Counted from the stretch's first letter, positions 50,255 to 59,756 are shown. The stretch: 64,000 nt of DNA from an uncultured Caldisericota bacterium (GCA_964427915.1 CAYRWA010000001.1:65619-129618), one strand, 5' to 3'. Notes: a model not told the origin generated them from the letters alone. Program-made: numbers and translations.

Positions 50255-50908
50255 CTATAGGTTTTGGTGCTTTACTTCGGTTCCTTGGTGAATAAAAATG
50301 GCAGATTCAGAAATATTGGTAGCATGATCACCAATTCTCTCCAGATATCGACTAATCAATAAATAGTGAACACATATGGAAGCTCTATCTGGTTCTTTTG
50401 TAATCTGCTCAACAGAATCTCGAAATACTTTCCCGTTCAAATCATCTACTACTTGATCCTGGCGAAGTACATAGTAGGCAAGTTCAATATTTCCTTGAAG
50501 GAAGCTTTCGGCTGCACTTGCTAGCATGTTTTTTACTCGGTGAAAAAGAGTATCGATCCCAAAAAGATCGCAGCAATGTGGTTCTATTCCCGAGGTTGTT
50601 CGAACAATATTACAGCACAAATCACCAATTCTCTCCAAATCATTTACTGCCCGTAGGATTCCAATAACTTTCCGTAAATCGTTTGCTTCAGGTGCGTGAA
50701 GAGCTAATAGTTCCAAACCCTGTTTTTCAATCTTAAGTTCATAAGCATTCATTGTAGCATCCGCTCTCAAAATGTTTTCCATTATTTCTGGATGAAAATT
50801 CATAAAATAATCCTCAGATTCTTTCAGAAGATCCAAGGACAAATGAATCATTTTCGAGATATCTTCTTGAATACTCAATAGATATTGATCTTTTGTCATC
50901 GTTTTCAT
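50255..50908 (-). CDS. phoU: Phosphate signalling modulator PhoU
   Basis: Two PhoU repeats, each with the E/D..ERIGD motif (DLERIGDLCCNI, YLERIGDHATNI). Confidence 0.9.
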   Translation of the reverse strand: MKTMTKDQYLLSIQEDISKMIHLSLDLLKESEDYFMNFHPEIMENILRADATMNAYELKIEKQGLELLALHAPEANDLRKVIGILRAVNDLERIGDLCCNIVRTTSGIEPHCCDLFGIDTLFHRVKNMLASAAESFLQGNIELAYYVLRQDQVVDDLNGKVFRDSVEQITKEPDRASICVHYLLISRYLERIGDHATNISESAIFIHQGTEVKHQNL

Positions 50909-50980
50909 AGGTACGCTCCAAGATGATTGTATAATAGCAGTAGTATAGGAAAAGTTTATTAAGAAACCATAAAGACCATA

Positions 50981-52360
50981 TTAAGGCTTCGTTAAATTTG
51001 TTATAGGCACATGTATGATGAATTTCGATCCCGTACCCATTGAGCTTTCAACTTGGATAGACCCTTGGTGTAAAAGAATGATATGCTTTACAATGGACAA
51101 GCCAAGGCCAGACCCAGTTGTAAATTCTCCAGAATGAGATTTATCCACTCGATAAAATCGCTCAAATATCCTCTCTTTTTCCTGCTCGGGGATACCAAAT
51201 CCTTGATCTTGTACAACAATGCAAACAGAATTGTCTTCTTCATAAGCAGTGACATGTATGGTGGTATTGTTTGGCGAATAGCGTATTGCATTTTCAATTA
51301 GATTACGAAACACTTGTAGTAGCAAGGATTCGTTTCCTTCTATTTCCAGTGTAGTGGGTTCTATGCAAAGCATTACACTTTGGTCTTTTTGTTGTGCCTC
51401 TTTCTGACAACTATTCCTTGCCTCTTCTAATACTCGGCGTAAAGGAAAAATCGTTTTCGTCATTTGGTTGGCGTTTTCCAGTCGAGACAGTATCAATAAA
51501 TCATGGATAATGGTTGCCATTTTTTGAGCATTTTTCTCAATAATATGCAAGTATTTTTGTTGTCGTTTTAAAGGTAGCGTTTCCGACACCAATGTCTCCG
51601 AAAAACCAACAATAGCAGCAAGTGGACTTTTTAACTCATGGGAAACATTGGATACAAATTCAGTACGCACCTTCTCTAGTTTCCTCAAATGTGTTAAGTC
51701 TTGTAGTATAAGCAGATACTCTTCTTTGTCTTGGCGAACAATGAAGGTAGACAAAGGTAAAATCCGATAATACAAGTACCGCTTTCTTTCATGGTTTAAA
51801 ACAAACTCCCCTTCGGCGGATATTTTTGTATCAATCACTTGATCAATTTGACCATGCAATGTATAACTTGCCAGCACTTCCCACGTATGTTTTTTCGACA
51901 CTAGCAGCGGATAGTTCAACATCTCTTCAATAGCCTCATTTGTGAATAAGATCGTACGCTCTTGATTAAAAATCAAGACTCCTTCTGTTAACTGGTTCAT
52001 TAAGGATAAAGTAAACTGATTGGTAGACTCCAGTTGATGCGTCTTCTGCTTGTAAAAATCTATGATTTTTTGCCAACTGGAAAGCAAATCAATCTCATCA
52101 ATACTAACAATCTCTTGCACATGTTTGGAAAAAAAAAGTTCTACTTTTTGCCAATACGATAAAGCAAACAGAATAGAAACAACAACAGAGATAATAAACC
52201 CAGGGAGGATGATCGGGAAAAAAATTGTCCTATAGGATGCATCGGGATAACTTGCGAGAAGCAAAAGGGTGACTGCCAAAAGAGTGGCGAAGGAAGATAA
52301 AAGAGTAGTAAATAGTAATTTATGTCTCATGAACAGGTGGTTCAATCTTGTAACCAACAC
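50981..52360 (-). CDS. Sensor histidine kinase (PhoR-like: 2 TM, PAS, HisKA, HATPase)
   Basis: H box FVSNVSHELKSPL, N box NLIENAIRYSP, G1 VQDQGFGIP, G2 GSGLGLSIV. The start may be the internal MRHKLL. Confidence 0.9.
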   Translation of the reverse strand: MLVTRLNHLFMRHKLLFTTLLSSFATLLAVTLLLLASYPDASYRTIFFPIILPGFIISVVVSILFALSYWQKVELFFSKHVQEIVSIDEIDLLSSWQKIIDFYKQKTHQLESTNQFTLSLMNQLTEGVLIFNQERTILFTNEAIEEMLNYPLLVSKKHTWEVLASYTLHGQIDQVIDTKISAEGEFVLNHERKRYLYYRILPLSTFIVRQDKEEYLLILQDLTHLRKLEKVRTEFVSNVSHELKSPLAAIVGFSETLVSETLPLKRQQKYLHIIEKNAQKMATIIHDLLILSRLENANQMTKTIFPLRRVLEEARNSCQKEAQQKDQSVMLCIEPTTLEIEGNESLLLQVFRNLIENAIRYSPNNTTIHVTAYEEDNSVCIVVQDQGFGIPEQEKERIFERFYRVDKSHSGEFTTGSGLGLSIVKHIILLHQGSIQVESSMGTGSKFIIHVPITNLTKP

Positions 52361-53006
52361 CGCGAACAGTTTGAACTAACGTAGAGGCAGACTGTAGCTT
52401 CTTGCGCAGAGAGGTTACGTGCACATCTATCACGCGCTGAATTACATACACTTCATTTTTCCATACACCATCCAGGATTTGTTCTCTTGATAAAACATTT
52501 CCAGCATGACTCGCTAAAAATACCAGAATGTCAAATTCCAACTGTGTTAAATCGAGGGGAGATTTATGTAGTAGTGCTTCTCTTCGATCTATATTCACAT
52601 ACAAATCTTCGTTGGGCCAATAAAAATCAGATTTTTGTTGCGACCGGGATAGGATTTTTTGCACCCTGGCAAGAAGAACTTTTGGACTGAAGGGTTTCGT
52701 GATATAGTCTTCTGCTCCTAACTCAAGGCCTTTGACAATATCAAGATCTTCACTTTTTGCTGATTCGATAAACACTGGAATATGCTTAAACTGGCGTTCT
52801 TTTTTCATGAAGGTTAGTATTTCGAGGCCAGAAATTTCAGGTAACATCAGATCTAGAATCACAAGATCTATAGGGTGTGTTCTTAATAGTCGTATAGCCT
52901 CTGTACCAGTTTTTGCTAGTAAAACCTGATACCCTTCTTTCTCTAAATGAAACTGAATAAGTTCAAGTAAATCTTCGTTATCCTCCGTTAATAGAATAGT
53001 GCTCAT
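52320..53006 (-). CDS. OmpR/PhoB-family response regulator
   Basis: REC domain (DLVILDLMLPEISG, KPF) plus a winged-helix output domain (LTQLEFDILVFLA...VRGVGYK). Confidence 0.9.
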   Translation of the reverse strand: MSTILLTEDNEDLLELIQFHLEKEGYQVLLAKTGTEAIRLLRTHPIDLVILDLMLPEISGLEILTFMKKERQFKHIPVFIESAKSEDLDIVKGLELGAEDYITKPFSPKVLLARVQKILSRSQQKSDFYWPNEDLYVNIDRREALLHKSPLDLTQLEFDILVFLASHAGNVLSREQILDGVWKNEVYVIQRVIDVHVTSLRKKLQSASTLVQTVRGVGYKIEPPVHET

Positions 53007-53610
53007 ATAAAAGCTCCTTGCAAGTAACTCCTAGAGGTAGTATAACATGACAAAATGTTTCGACAGGAAATCCAACTACATTCCAAATGCTGCCTTCCAC
53101 AGAAGAAATAAAAGAAGAGGGTACTTCTTGAATACCATAAGCACCAGCTTTATCAAAAGGTTTGCTCGTGGCAATATACGATCGAATTTCTGATTCCTGA
53201 AGTGGTGAAAACGTCACTTTTGTTCTTTCTGAAAACCCGATTCGTCTTACAACCACATGGGATACAATCCGAAGAATGATCACCGAACTCACTACGGTAT
53301 GAGAAGTACCCGATAAGCTTTTTAACATAGAAAAAGCAGAAGCCTCATTGCGTGGTTTGCCTACAATATTTTCCGAAGTGGCAATAGCCGTATCGCAGGC
53401 AATGATCATGGCATCTTCCTCAAAGTCTGTTTGGAAAACGCAATTGGCCTTTATTTGTGCATTTTGGTGAGTAAAAAAATCAATTTCATCGGGACGGTAC
53501 TTCTTCGAATCTAGTTCTTCACAAGTTGGCCTTACAGAGCGATACAAAGGAAAGAGGAAGCGAAAAATCTCTTTTCTTCTGGCTGAATTGGAAGCAAGAA
53601 TGAGGTCCAT
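52978..53610 (-). CDS. maf: Maf-like nucleoside triphosphate pyrophosphatase
   Basis: LILASNSARRKEI, IACDTA and DKAGAYGIQE. The start is taken at MDLILAS because the longer ORF overlaps the upstream gene. Confidence 0.85.
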   Translation of the reverse strand: MDLILASNSARRKEIFRFLFPLYRSVRPTCEELDSKKYRPDEIDFFTHQNAQIKANCVFQTDFEEDAMIIACDTAIATSENIVGKPRNEASAFSMLKSLSGTSHTVVSSVIILRIVSHVVVRRIGFSERTKVTFSPLQESEIRSYIATSKPFDKAGAYGIQEVPSSFISSVEGSIWNVVGFPVETFCHVILPLGVTCKELLYEHYSINGG

Positions 53611-54677
53611 TAATCCGAGGGTGTGTGCAAGAAGGACTCCGCCATCACCCGTACAATAGGTACGGTAGAATGTGCAGCAAGTACAATATAGGGTTGACCT
53701 GTTTCTTTCATATCTTGTAAGCAAGTAAAAACTTTTTGAAGCAATTGAGAAGAACTATGAACAGTAGTGTTTTGCAGATAATCAAAGAGAATTTTTGCAG
53801 CCCTATCACTACCGACCAATCGAAGCCCTTCTAAGCATTGGGTAAGAACTATGGTAGTGTTGCCTTCTTGTAGCAGTCTTTTGCAAATAGAATCCTCAAT
53901 AGCAGGCACATGTAAATTGGATAAAACTTGAACCCCAAGAATCACAAACTCGTCGTGCTGTGAAAAAAGTAGTTTTCGGAAATAATCGAAACGGTCTGGT
54001 GGAATTTTTTGAATATCTAGTGACCCCATTGGATACGCAGATAAAAAACCTTTCAAATAAGAGGCATAGGCATTTTCAAAGGAAGAAAACTCCAGTGCTT
54101 GAAAGGGTACAGAAAAAGCATTTACCCAGGCTGCTTCAACATCCACTGAAAAAAGAGATTGTATCAACTCCATTCGTTCCATAGTGGGGATCTCATTTTG
54201 ATCTAACTCTGACTGCAAAAAAGAAAGAGATCGCGAATCTCGCAGTTCTCGAATCAAATAATGAAACATAGCCGGAATTGTAGCATCGTTCGATAGGACT
54301 ATATTCGACGCAGAGTGGTCATAAGAAGGAAGACGCACAATGTCTTGGTGATACAAGTCTGTAAGATGTTCAAAAATGGAAGGTTCAAAAAGGATATCGG
54401 AAAAACGACGAAACGTATCCGAATTCCGGTGAATGGTTGAAAGTTTTTTAGTAAGCAATTGAAACAAAAAAGTAGGATCCGTCTTTAAAAAGGAAGCGAC
54501 AATACTTTCTTTTTGAATTGTGCCACTGCGCAAGTAAGAAACGAACTTGTTTTCAATCTTACTTTCTTTTCTGGGCTTTCGAAACCATAGTAACTGAAGG
54601 ATGATTGCAAAGATCATTAAAAAAATACTTACAACAAGAGGCAAATATTCCATTAGAAAAGCAAACTGTGTAGTCAA
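53610..54677 (-). CDS. Hypothetical membrane-anchored protein with an all-helical, possibly HEAT/ARM-like C-terminal region
   Basis: N-terminal TM helix (LPLVVSIFLMIFAIILQLLWF), then about 320 aa of helical-repeat-like sequence. No catalytic motif recognised. Confidence 0.55.
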   Translation of the reverse strand: MTTQFAFLMEYLPLVVSIFLMIFAIILQLLWFRKPRKESKIENKFVSYLRSGTIQKESIVASFLKTDPTFLFQLLTKKLSTIHRNSDTFRRFSDILFEPSIFEHLTDLYHQDIVRLPSYDHSASNIVLSNDATIPAMFHYLIRELRDSRSLSFLQSELDQNEIPTMERMELIQSLFSVDVEAAWVNAFSVPFQALEFSSFENAYASYLKGFLSAYPMGSLDIQKIPPDRFDYFRKLLFSQHDEFVILGVQVLSNLHVPAIEDSICKRLLQEGNTTIVLTQCLEGLRLVGSDRAAKILFDYLQNTTVHSSSQLLQKVFTCLQDMKETGQPYIVLAAHSTVPIVRVMAESFLHTPSD

Positions 54678-54694
54678 GCCTTATTCTCCAATAG

Positions 54695-55477
54695 TTAATC
54701 TAAAAATAACTTCATGAATGCTTCTGCTGAAAGATTCTTTCGACTTTGCTTTGGATAAACAAGTATTTTTAGGTCTGCCTTATCTCGATTGTTTTGTTTG
54801 AATAACTGAATTAGATTTTTACAATACTTTTCCAGTTCAGGATTGGTTGTAAACAATACAAAGTGATCACCGTTTTCAGTGTTGGAAGTAAAAATGAAGT
54901 GGCCGTTATCTCTTTCGCGAAGACTCAGGGTAACTGCTAACAAAAAATCCTCTTGAATGGACTGCGCAGCAGAATCATCATCATTGACAATCTGTATTTT
55001 CAAGACATGAAACTCAATATCTTTTTGAATCCAGTCTGCCAATTTGAGGGTCGCTGCCTTACGGGGATATCTTAAAATAAGAGTACTTTGTGGAACTTCA
55101 TCCTTTTTTTTGATCAAACGATGAATTCGAATTTCAAGCTCTTCAAAATCAAAAGGCTTTACAAGATAATCATCTGCTCCAACCTTAAATCCTCTTATTT
55201 TATCTTCGGTTTGTGTTCGGGCTGTTAAGAAGATAATTGGAATGTTTTTCGTATCCTCGTTTTCTTTTAGCTTAGCTGCCACCTGAAAGCCATCCATTTC
55301 TGGCATCATAACGTCAAGCAAAATTAAATCAGGCTTTTTTGTATTGGCGATTTCTAAAGCTTTTATGGGACTAGATGTTTGTTCCACCTGGTAGTGCTTC
55401 ATTTTTAAATGCAAGGTAAGCAGGGAAAGGATATCTGGTTCATCATCTACAATCAGGATTTTGGTGATATTAGACAT
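54695..55477 (-). CDS. Response regulator: REC domain plus an unassigned ~130-aa C-terminal domain
   Basis: REC motifs DDEPD, LILLDVMMPEMDG, LTA and VKPF. The C-terminal domain has no HTH and contains ENGDHFVLF. Confidence 0.8.
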   Translation of the reverse strand: MSNITKILIVDDEPDILSLLTLHLKMKHYQVEQTSSPIKALEIANTKKPDLILLDVMMPEMDGFQVAAKLKENEDTKNIPIIFLTARTQTEDKIRGFKVGADDYLVKPFDFEELEIRIHRLIKKKDEVPQSTLILRYPRKAATLKLADWIQKDIEFHVLKIQIVNDDDSAAQSIQEDFLLAVTLSLRERDNGHFIFTSNTENGDHFVLFTTNPELEKYCKNLIQLFKQNNRDKADLKILVYPKQSRKNLSAEAFMKLFLD

Positions 55478-55494
55478 TGGATTGTTTCAAGCCT

Positions 55495-55704
55495 CTACTT
55501 CCAAATTTCAATACAGGTATCGGGGCAAATAAGGGCACAAGACGTGCATGCAGTGCACTTGCTCATATCTTCTTCTTTGATAGTTGCAGGATGATAGCCA
55601 GATTGGTTGATGTCATTTTTCAAGGCAATAATCTTCACCGGACAAACTTCAACACACAAAGAACAACCTTTGCATAAATCTTCATTAAATACAACTTTGG
55701 GCAT
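55495..55704 (-). CDS. 2x[4Fe-4S] ferredoxin
   Basis: CKGCSLCVEVCP and CTACTSCALICP cluster motifs. 69 aa. Confidence 0.85.
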   Translation of the reverse strand: MPKVVFNEDLCKGCSLCVEVCPVKIIALKNDINQSGYHPATIKEEDMSKCTACTSCALICPDTCIEIWK

Positions 55705-55713
55705 AACTCCTCC

Positions 55714-56871
55714 TTATTTCGATAATTCTCGAACTAATTCTTGGGCTACTACAATTCGTTGGATTTGGTTTGTACCTTCATAAATCTGAGTAATTTTTGC
55801 ATCTCGGCACATTTTCTCTACGGGATAATCTTTCATATATCCATATCCACCCATCACTTGTATGGCATCCAAGGTAACTTTTACAGCAACGTCTGAAGCA
55901 AAATATTTCGCCATAGCAGAACACTTGCCAATTTTCTTTTCGCCAGCATCAACGGTAGCTGCAGAATTGTACACGAGAGATCGTGCGGCTTCAATTTGTG
56001 TTGCCATATCAGCTAGCATAAATTTGACTGCTTGTTGTGCTACAATCGGTTGACCAAATTGTATTCTTTTTGTTGCGTAATGCAATGATTCTTCAAAGGC
56101 TCCTTGTGCAATACCCAAAGCCTGTGCCCCAACACCCGTTCGGGAATGATCAAAGTTATCCATGGCAATTAAAAAACCACGTCCAGGAGCTCCTAATTTG
56201 TTTTCTTCAGGGATAAAAACATCGTCAAATAAAAGGTCGCAGGTGTGGGTCGCACGGATGCCCATTTTTTTTTCTTTGTCACCAAAATGAAACCCTTTCC
56301 ATCCCTTTTCAACAATAAAAGCTGTTATGCCTCGAATCCCCTTTTTTGGGTTTATGGTTGCCAAAACTACATAAACATCTGCTATCGATCCATTGGTGAT
56401 GAAAATTTTTGTTCCATTTAATCGGTATCCACCGTCGCAGGGAGTTGCCGTAGTTTTGATGGCGGATGCATCAGATCCTGCTTCTGCTTCAGTAAGGGCA
56501 AAAGCAGCAAGGTATTCACCGGTTGCTATTTTTGGTAAATACTTCTTTTTTTGATCCTCTGTACCCCACTTCACAATAGGATAAGAACCAAGTGCATTTA
56601 CGGAATAGGCACAGCTAACTCCGCCGCATACTCTAGAAAATTCTTCTTGGACGAGGCAAAGCTCCGTTACACCCATCTCCATACCATCGTATTCTTTCGG
56701 AATGAAGATACGCATAAAATCCAATCGACCCATTTCTTTAATTAAGTCAACAGGACATTCATCTTTCTCGTCCAATTCAGCTCGAAGAGGTTTAATTCTT
56801 TCTTCTGCAAATCGCCGGGCAGCATTACGCAATACTTCTTGTTCATGACTCCAAAAATATTTCATACTCAT
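55714..56871 (-). CDS. Acyl-CoA dehydrogenase (short/medium-chain, butyryl-CoA dehydrogenase-like)
   Basis: Pattern FALTEAEAGSDA, ITNG, a catalytic-Glu context YEGTNQIQR, and size. The start is uncertain (Met at 56871 or 56865). The longer ORF to 56934 has no homology-like N-terminus. Confidence 0.9.
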   Translation of the reverse strand: MSMKYFWSHEQEVLRNAARRFAEERIKPLRAELDEKDECPVDLIKEMGRLDFMRIFIPKEYDGMEMGVTELCLVQEEFSRVCGGVSCAYSVNALGSYPIVKWGTEDQKKKYLPKIATGEYLAAFALTEAEAGSDASAIKTTATPCDGGYRLNGTKIFITNGSIADVYVVLATINPKKGIRGITAFIVEKGWKGFHFGDKEKKMGIRATHTCDLLFDDVFIPEENKLGAPGRGFLIAMDNFDHSRTGVGAQALGIAQGAFEESLHYATKRIQFGQPIVAQQAVKFMLADMATQIEAARSLVYNSAATVDAGEKKIGKCSAMAKYFASDVAVKVTLDAIQVMGGYGYMKDYPVEKMCRDAKITQIYEGTNQIQRIVVAQELVRELSK

Positions 56872-56975
56872 GATTGTACGAATTCTCGAAACGGTTTCAA
56901 TATGGGAACGTATTTGATAATTTGTACAAATCAATTCATGTTATATACTTGTTAGAGACAATGAAGGAGTTGTAT

Positions 56976-58094
56976 ATGCAACATATAGCAAAAACAAGAA
57001 TCAAAGTGAAAATGTACCGATTCTTATGCCCTGAACATATCAAGATAAAATCAGGCGATAAAGTAAAGGTACAATTTGCAGATAAAGAGATAGACTATGG
57101 TGAAGTTATTAACTTATGCCCATACCATGAAAAAATTCATACCGATGGAGCTATCCTTGAAACATCCACCAATATCTCAGCCCAATCCAAAAACGATTTG
57201 GTTTTAAAGGACAAAGAAGTACTTCGCTACTGCCAAGACAAATCGCAGGAACTCAAGCTGAATATGATCTTGGTAAAAGCAGAACATGTTTTAGACGGTT
57301 CCAAGATTATTATCTATTTCACATCAGAAAAGCGAATAGATTTTCGTGAATTGGTAAAAGGTTTGAACAATTTCTTAAACCACAAAACAAGAGTAGAACT
57401 TTGGCAAATTAGCTCTAGAGAAAAAGCTATTCTTATTGGTGGAATTGGAGTTTGTGGTCGAGAAGTCTGCTGCCGTTGTATTGGTAAGATTCCGGATACA
57501 GTGGGTATTCGCACAGTTAAAGAACAGTGTTTAGAAATTAATCCCATTAAAATTACTGGAATTTGCGGCAAACTAATGTGCTGTTTAACCTACGAACATG
57601 ATCAGTACAAACAAATGCAAAAAGAATTCCCCGCGATCAACAGCACCGTTACAATAGGAGATAAAAAAGGAATCATTCACAACATTAACTACATTAGTCA
57701 AAAAATGAAAATTCGCTTTGAAGATGGTATCACGAGAGAAATTACATTGAACGAGTACCTAGGAAAAGAGCCTTCCCCCTTAACGGACGTTGAATCAAAA
57801 GAGGAATCAAAAATTCACATCGTCAAACCTCGAACCATAAAGGATCGCGTAAAAAAAGTCTTTAAAAGCCGGTCCAATCGAACAGAAGATAATCAAGTAG
57901 AACCCCCAGCAAAAGAGAATCAACCTCCTTCAAAAAAATCCAGTAAACCTTCTTCTGAACAAACAGAAAACAAACCTCAAAACAAACCATCCAAAAACAA
58001 ACCGCCAGGATTTTCAAAACCCTGGCGGAAAAGAAGGTTTCCTCGAAAAACAAAAAACGAAGACTCCTCCAGTGGAGAAAAGAAAAAACCGTAA
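56976..58094 (+). CDS. ricT: PSP1-domain protein (RicT/YaaT-like) with a long K/P/S-rich C-terminal tail
   Basis: RBS gaaggag. Cys-rich PSP1 core GGIGVCGREVCCRC...GICGKLMCCLTYE. The tail is of the PPSKKSSKPSSEQTENKPQNKPSKNKPP type. Confidence 0.85.
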   Translation: MQHIAKTRIKVKMYRFLCPEHIKIKSGDKVKVQFADKEIDYGEVINLCPYHEKIHTDGAILETSTNISAQSKNDLVLKDKEVLRYCQDKSQELKLNMILVKAEHVLDGSKIIIYFTSEKRIDFRELVKGLNNFLNHKTRVELWQISSREKAILIGGIGVCGREVCCRCIGKIPDTVGIRTVKEQCLEINPIKITGICGKLMCCLTYEHDQYKQMQKEFPAINSTVTIGDKKGIIHNINYISQKMKIRFEDGITREITLNEYLGKEPSPLTDVESKEESKIHIVKPRTIKDRVKKVFKSRSNRTEDNQVEPPAKENQPPSKKSSKPSSEQTENKPQNKPSKNKPPGFSKPWRKRRFPRKTKNEDSSSGEKKKP

Positions 58095-58098
58095 AGTA

Positions 58099-58593
58099 TT
58101 ATTCTACCATTTTGAAAGCTAAGGCCTTTGCTCCACAAATGGGACAAACTGCTGGTTTTTCGTCTAAATGAATGTATCCACACACATTGCATAGATAGAC
58201 ATTTCGATCTTTGTTATCTTGAAGTGTTTCTAAAGCTTCTCTGTATCTTTGTTCGTGTACCTTCTCTGCTTCCATTGCTAAAGTAAAGCCACGCTTTGCA
58301 GTCTCTTGGGATTCCTCCTGTGCTTCTTTGATCATTCGTGGATACATCGATTCATGTTCATGGTTTTCACCTTCCATTGCATCGCGAAGGTTTTCTTCTG
58401 TGCTTTTCACTCCACACATGTTTTTAAAATGATTCATGGCATGTAAAGTTTCTGCTTCTGCAGTCGCACGAAACAGTTTAGCGGCAAAAGAATATCCCTC
58501 TAAATCGGCCTTATCAGCATACGCTAGGTATTTCCGATTTGCTTGGGACTCTCCAGCAAATGCTTCCTTTAAATTCTGTAAAGTTTTGTCCAT
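58099..58593 (-). CDS. rbr: Rubrerythrin
   Basis: Ferritin-like diiron motifs (ESQANRKY, EAETLHA, EGENHEHE, MEAEKVH) and a C-terminal rubredoxin CNVCG...CPICG. The start is taken at MDKTLQNLKEAF. Confidence 0.9.
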   Translation of the reverse strand: MDKTLQNLKEAFAGESQANRKYLAYADKADLEGYSFAAKLFRATAEAETLHAMNHFKNMCGVKSTEENLRDAMEGENHEHESMYPRMIKEAQEESQETAKRGFTLAMEAEKVHEQRYREALETLQDNKDRNVYLCNVCGYIHLDEKPAVCPICGAKALAFKMVE

Positions 58594-58645
58594 ACAAGCC
58601 TCCTTGTTAAAATGTAAAAATTGCATATCTATTTTATCATTTTTG

Positions 58646-59251
58646 CTAAGTAAAAATTCGATTTTTTCTGGATCGAATCCGAAGAAAACATTTTGGATGC
58701 AAAATCATTCTCTGTATCAAAAATGGGGGTTGAAAGCCTACTTTTTCCAGTAGTCCAATGACTTCTCCCATTTCAGCCTTATGTAAAAGACGGTATACAA
58801 ATTGATCAAACTGGTGCGATTCTTCGTAATACAAGGAAAAAATTCCTGGCTCGGTAAGCAGACGAAAAATGGCAGATAAGGTTGTAATGGGGAATTCTAT
58901 CAAAGCCTGTACGTCAAAACAATCAAAGGAAAAAAACTGCTCTGGTTTCAATCTTTTCCATTCTTCAAATGGTAGATATCGCGCATGAAAAACAGAAGAA
59001 AAGCCAAATTCGGCAAAGTATTCCTTCCAGTGCTTTTCCATTGTTTTTTTTGCTGTAAATACCATCACTCGAATGGATTGCCTTTTGCATCGCTCAAACA
59101 AGGAAGGAACAATACTTTGATCAGACAAACCATAAAGGGCAATTTGCTTTCCTTCTACGGGTTGAAAAGATCGCTCAAACATTGTTTCTACATTGCAATG
59201 TTTGAGCGGTACAGACTTATCTTTTTTTGGATTTCGAATATCGATCTTCAT
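58646..59251 (-). CDS. Hypothetical protein, faintly class-I-methyltransferase-like
   Basis: The 273-aa ORF is trimmed to the internal Met (MKIDIRNPKK) because its first third lies out of frame inside queH. The start is uncertain (alternative 59182). Confidence 0.4.
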   Translation of the reverse strand: MKIDIRNPKKDKSVPLKHCNVETMFERSFQPVEGKQIALYGLSDQSIVPSLFERCKRQSIRVMVFTAKKTMEKHWKEYFAEFGFSSVFHARYLPFEEWKRLKPEQFFSFDCFDVQALIEFPITTLSAIFRLLTEPGIFSLYYEESHQFDQFVYRLLHKAEMGEVIGLLEKVGFQPPFLIQRMILHPKCFLRIRSRKNRIFT

Positions 59252-59756
59252 TGGAAAAAATGCACCCGCAATACGATTGTTGATAATATCCTCGGTCTCT
59301 TGCCTCTTGCATTCCTTTCCGATACATCGTGCTCCAATCACGCACAACAAACTGAGAGGAAGAAAAAAATCTCTCGGCTTGCTCTTGAATTGTATGATGG
59401 TTTTGATAGGGACTAAAAAACAACGTGGAACTACAGAACTGAAAATGCCCTTCCAAAAACCTTTCATACGTTTCTTTCATCCGAATAAAGTAACAAATTG
59501 AACACCGATCGCAGGAAGAAGAAACAGGCAACGTTTCCTGCAAAAAATCCCGATACGGATAATTTCCGTACAGCATAGGAATATGAAAGTCTTCCATTAG
59601 TTGAAATGTTGCTTCTTTTCGTAACAAGTATTCCTTCAATGGATGAATATTGGGATTGTAAAAAAAACCAACAACAGAAAAATCATTCTGTAAGTCTTGC
59701 AGAGGAATAACTGCACAAGGGGCACAACAAATGTGCATGAGCAAAGAAGGCTTCAC
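59217..59756 (-). CDS. queH: Epoxyqueuosine reductase QueH (DUF208)
   Basis: HICCAPCA, FYNPNIHP, CSICY and C-terminal YCGCIFS motifs. Confidence 0.85.
   Translation of the reverse strand: MKPSLLMHICCAPCAVIPLQDLQNDFSVVGFFYNPNIHPLKEYLLRKEATFQLMEDFHIPMLYGNYPYRDFLQETLPVSSSCDRCSICYFIRMKETYERFLEGHFQFCSSTLFFSPYQNHHTIQEQAERFFSSSQFVVRDWSTMYRKGMQEARDRGYYQQSYCGCIFSNEDRYSKSKKR

Noticed and set aside
58594-58645. Imperfect inverted repeat ATGCAA-N3-TTACAT and a TGATAAAAT segment upstream of rubrerythrin as a PerR/Fur box.
   Set aside because: Only 5 of 6 arm positions match and the sequence is AT-rich. The resemblance to published PerR/Fur consensus sequences is weak.
58646-59467. Full-length 273-aa ORF downstream of queH.
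   Set aside because: Its first ~72-95 codons lie out of frame within queH, whose conserved C-terminal CGC motif supports the queH frame. The ORF was trimmed to an internal Met, and the start remains uncertain.
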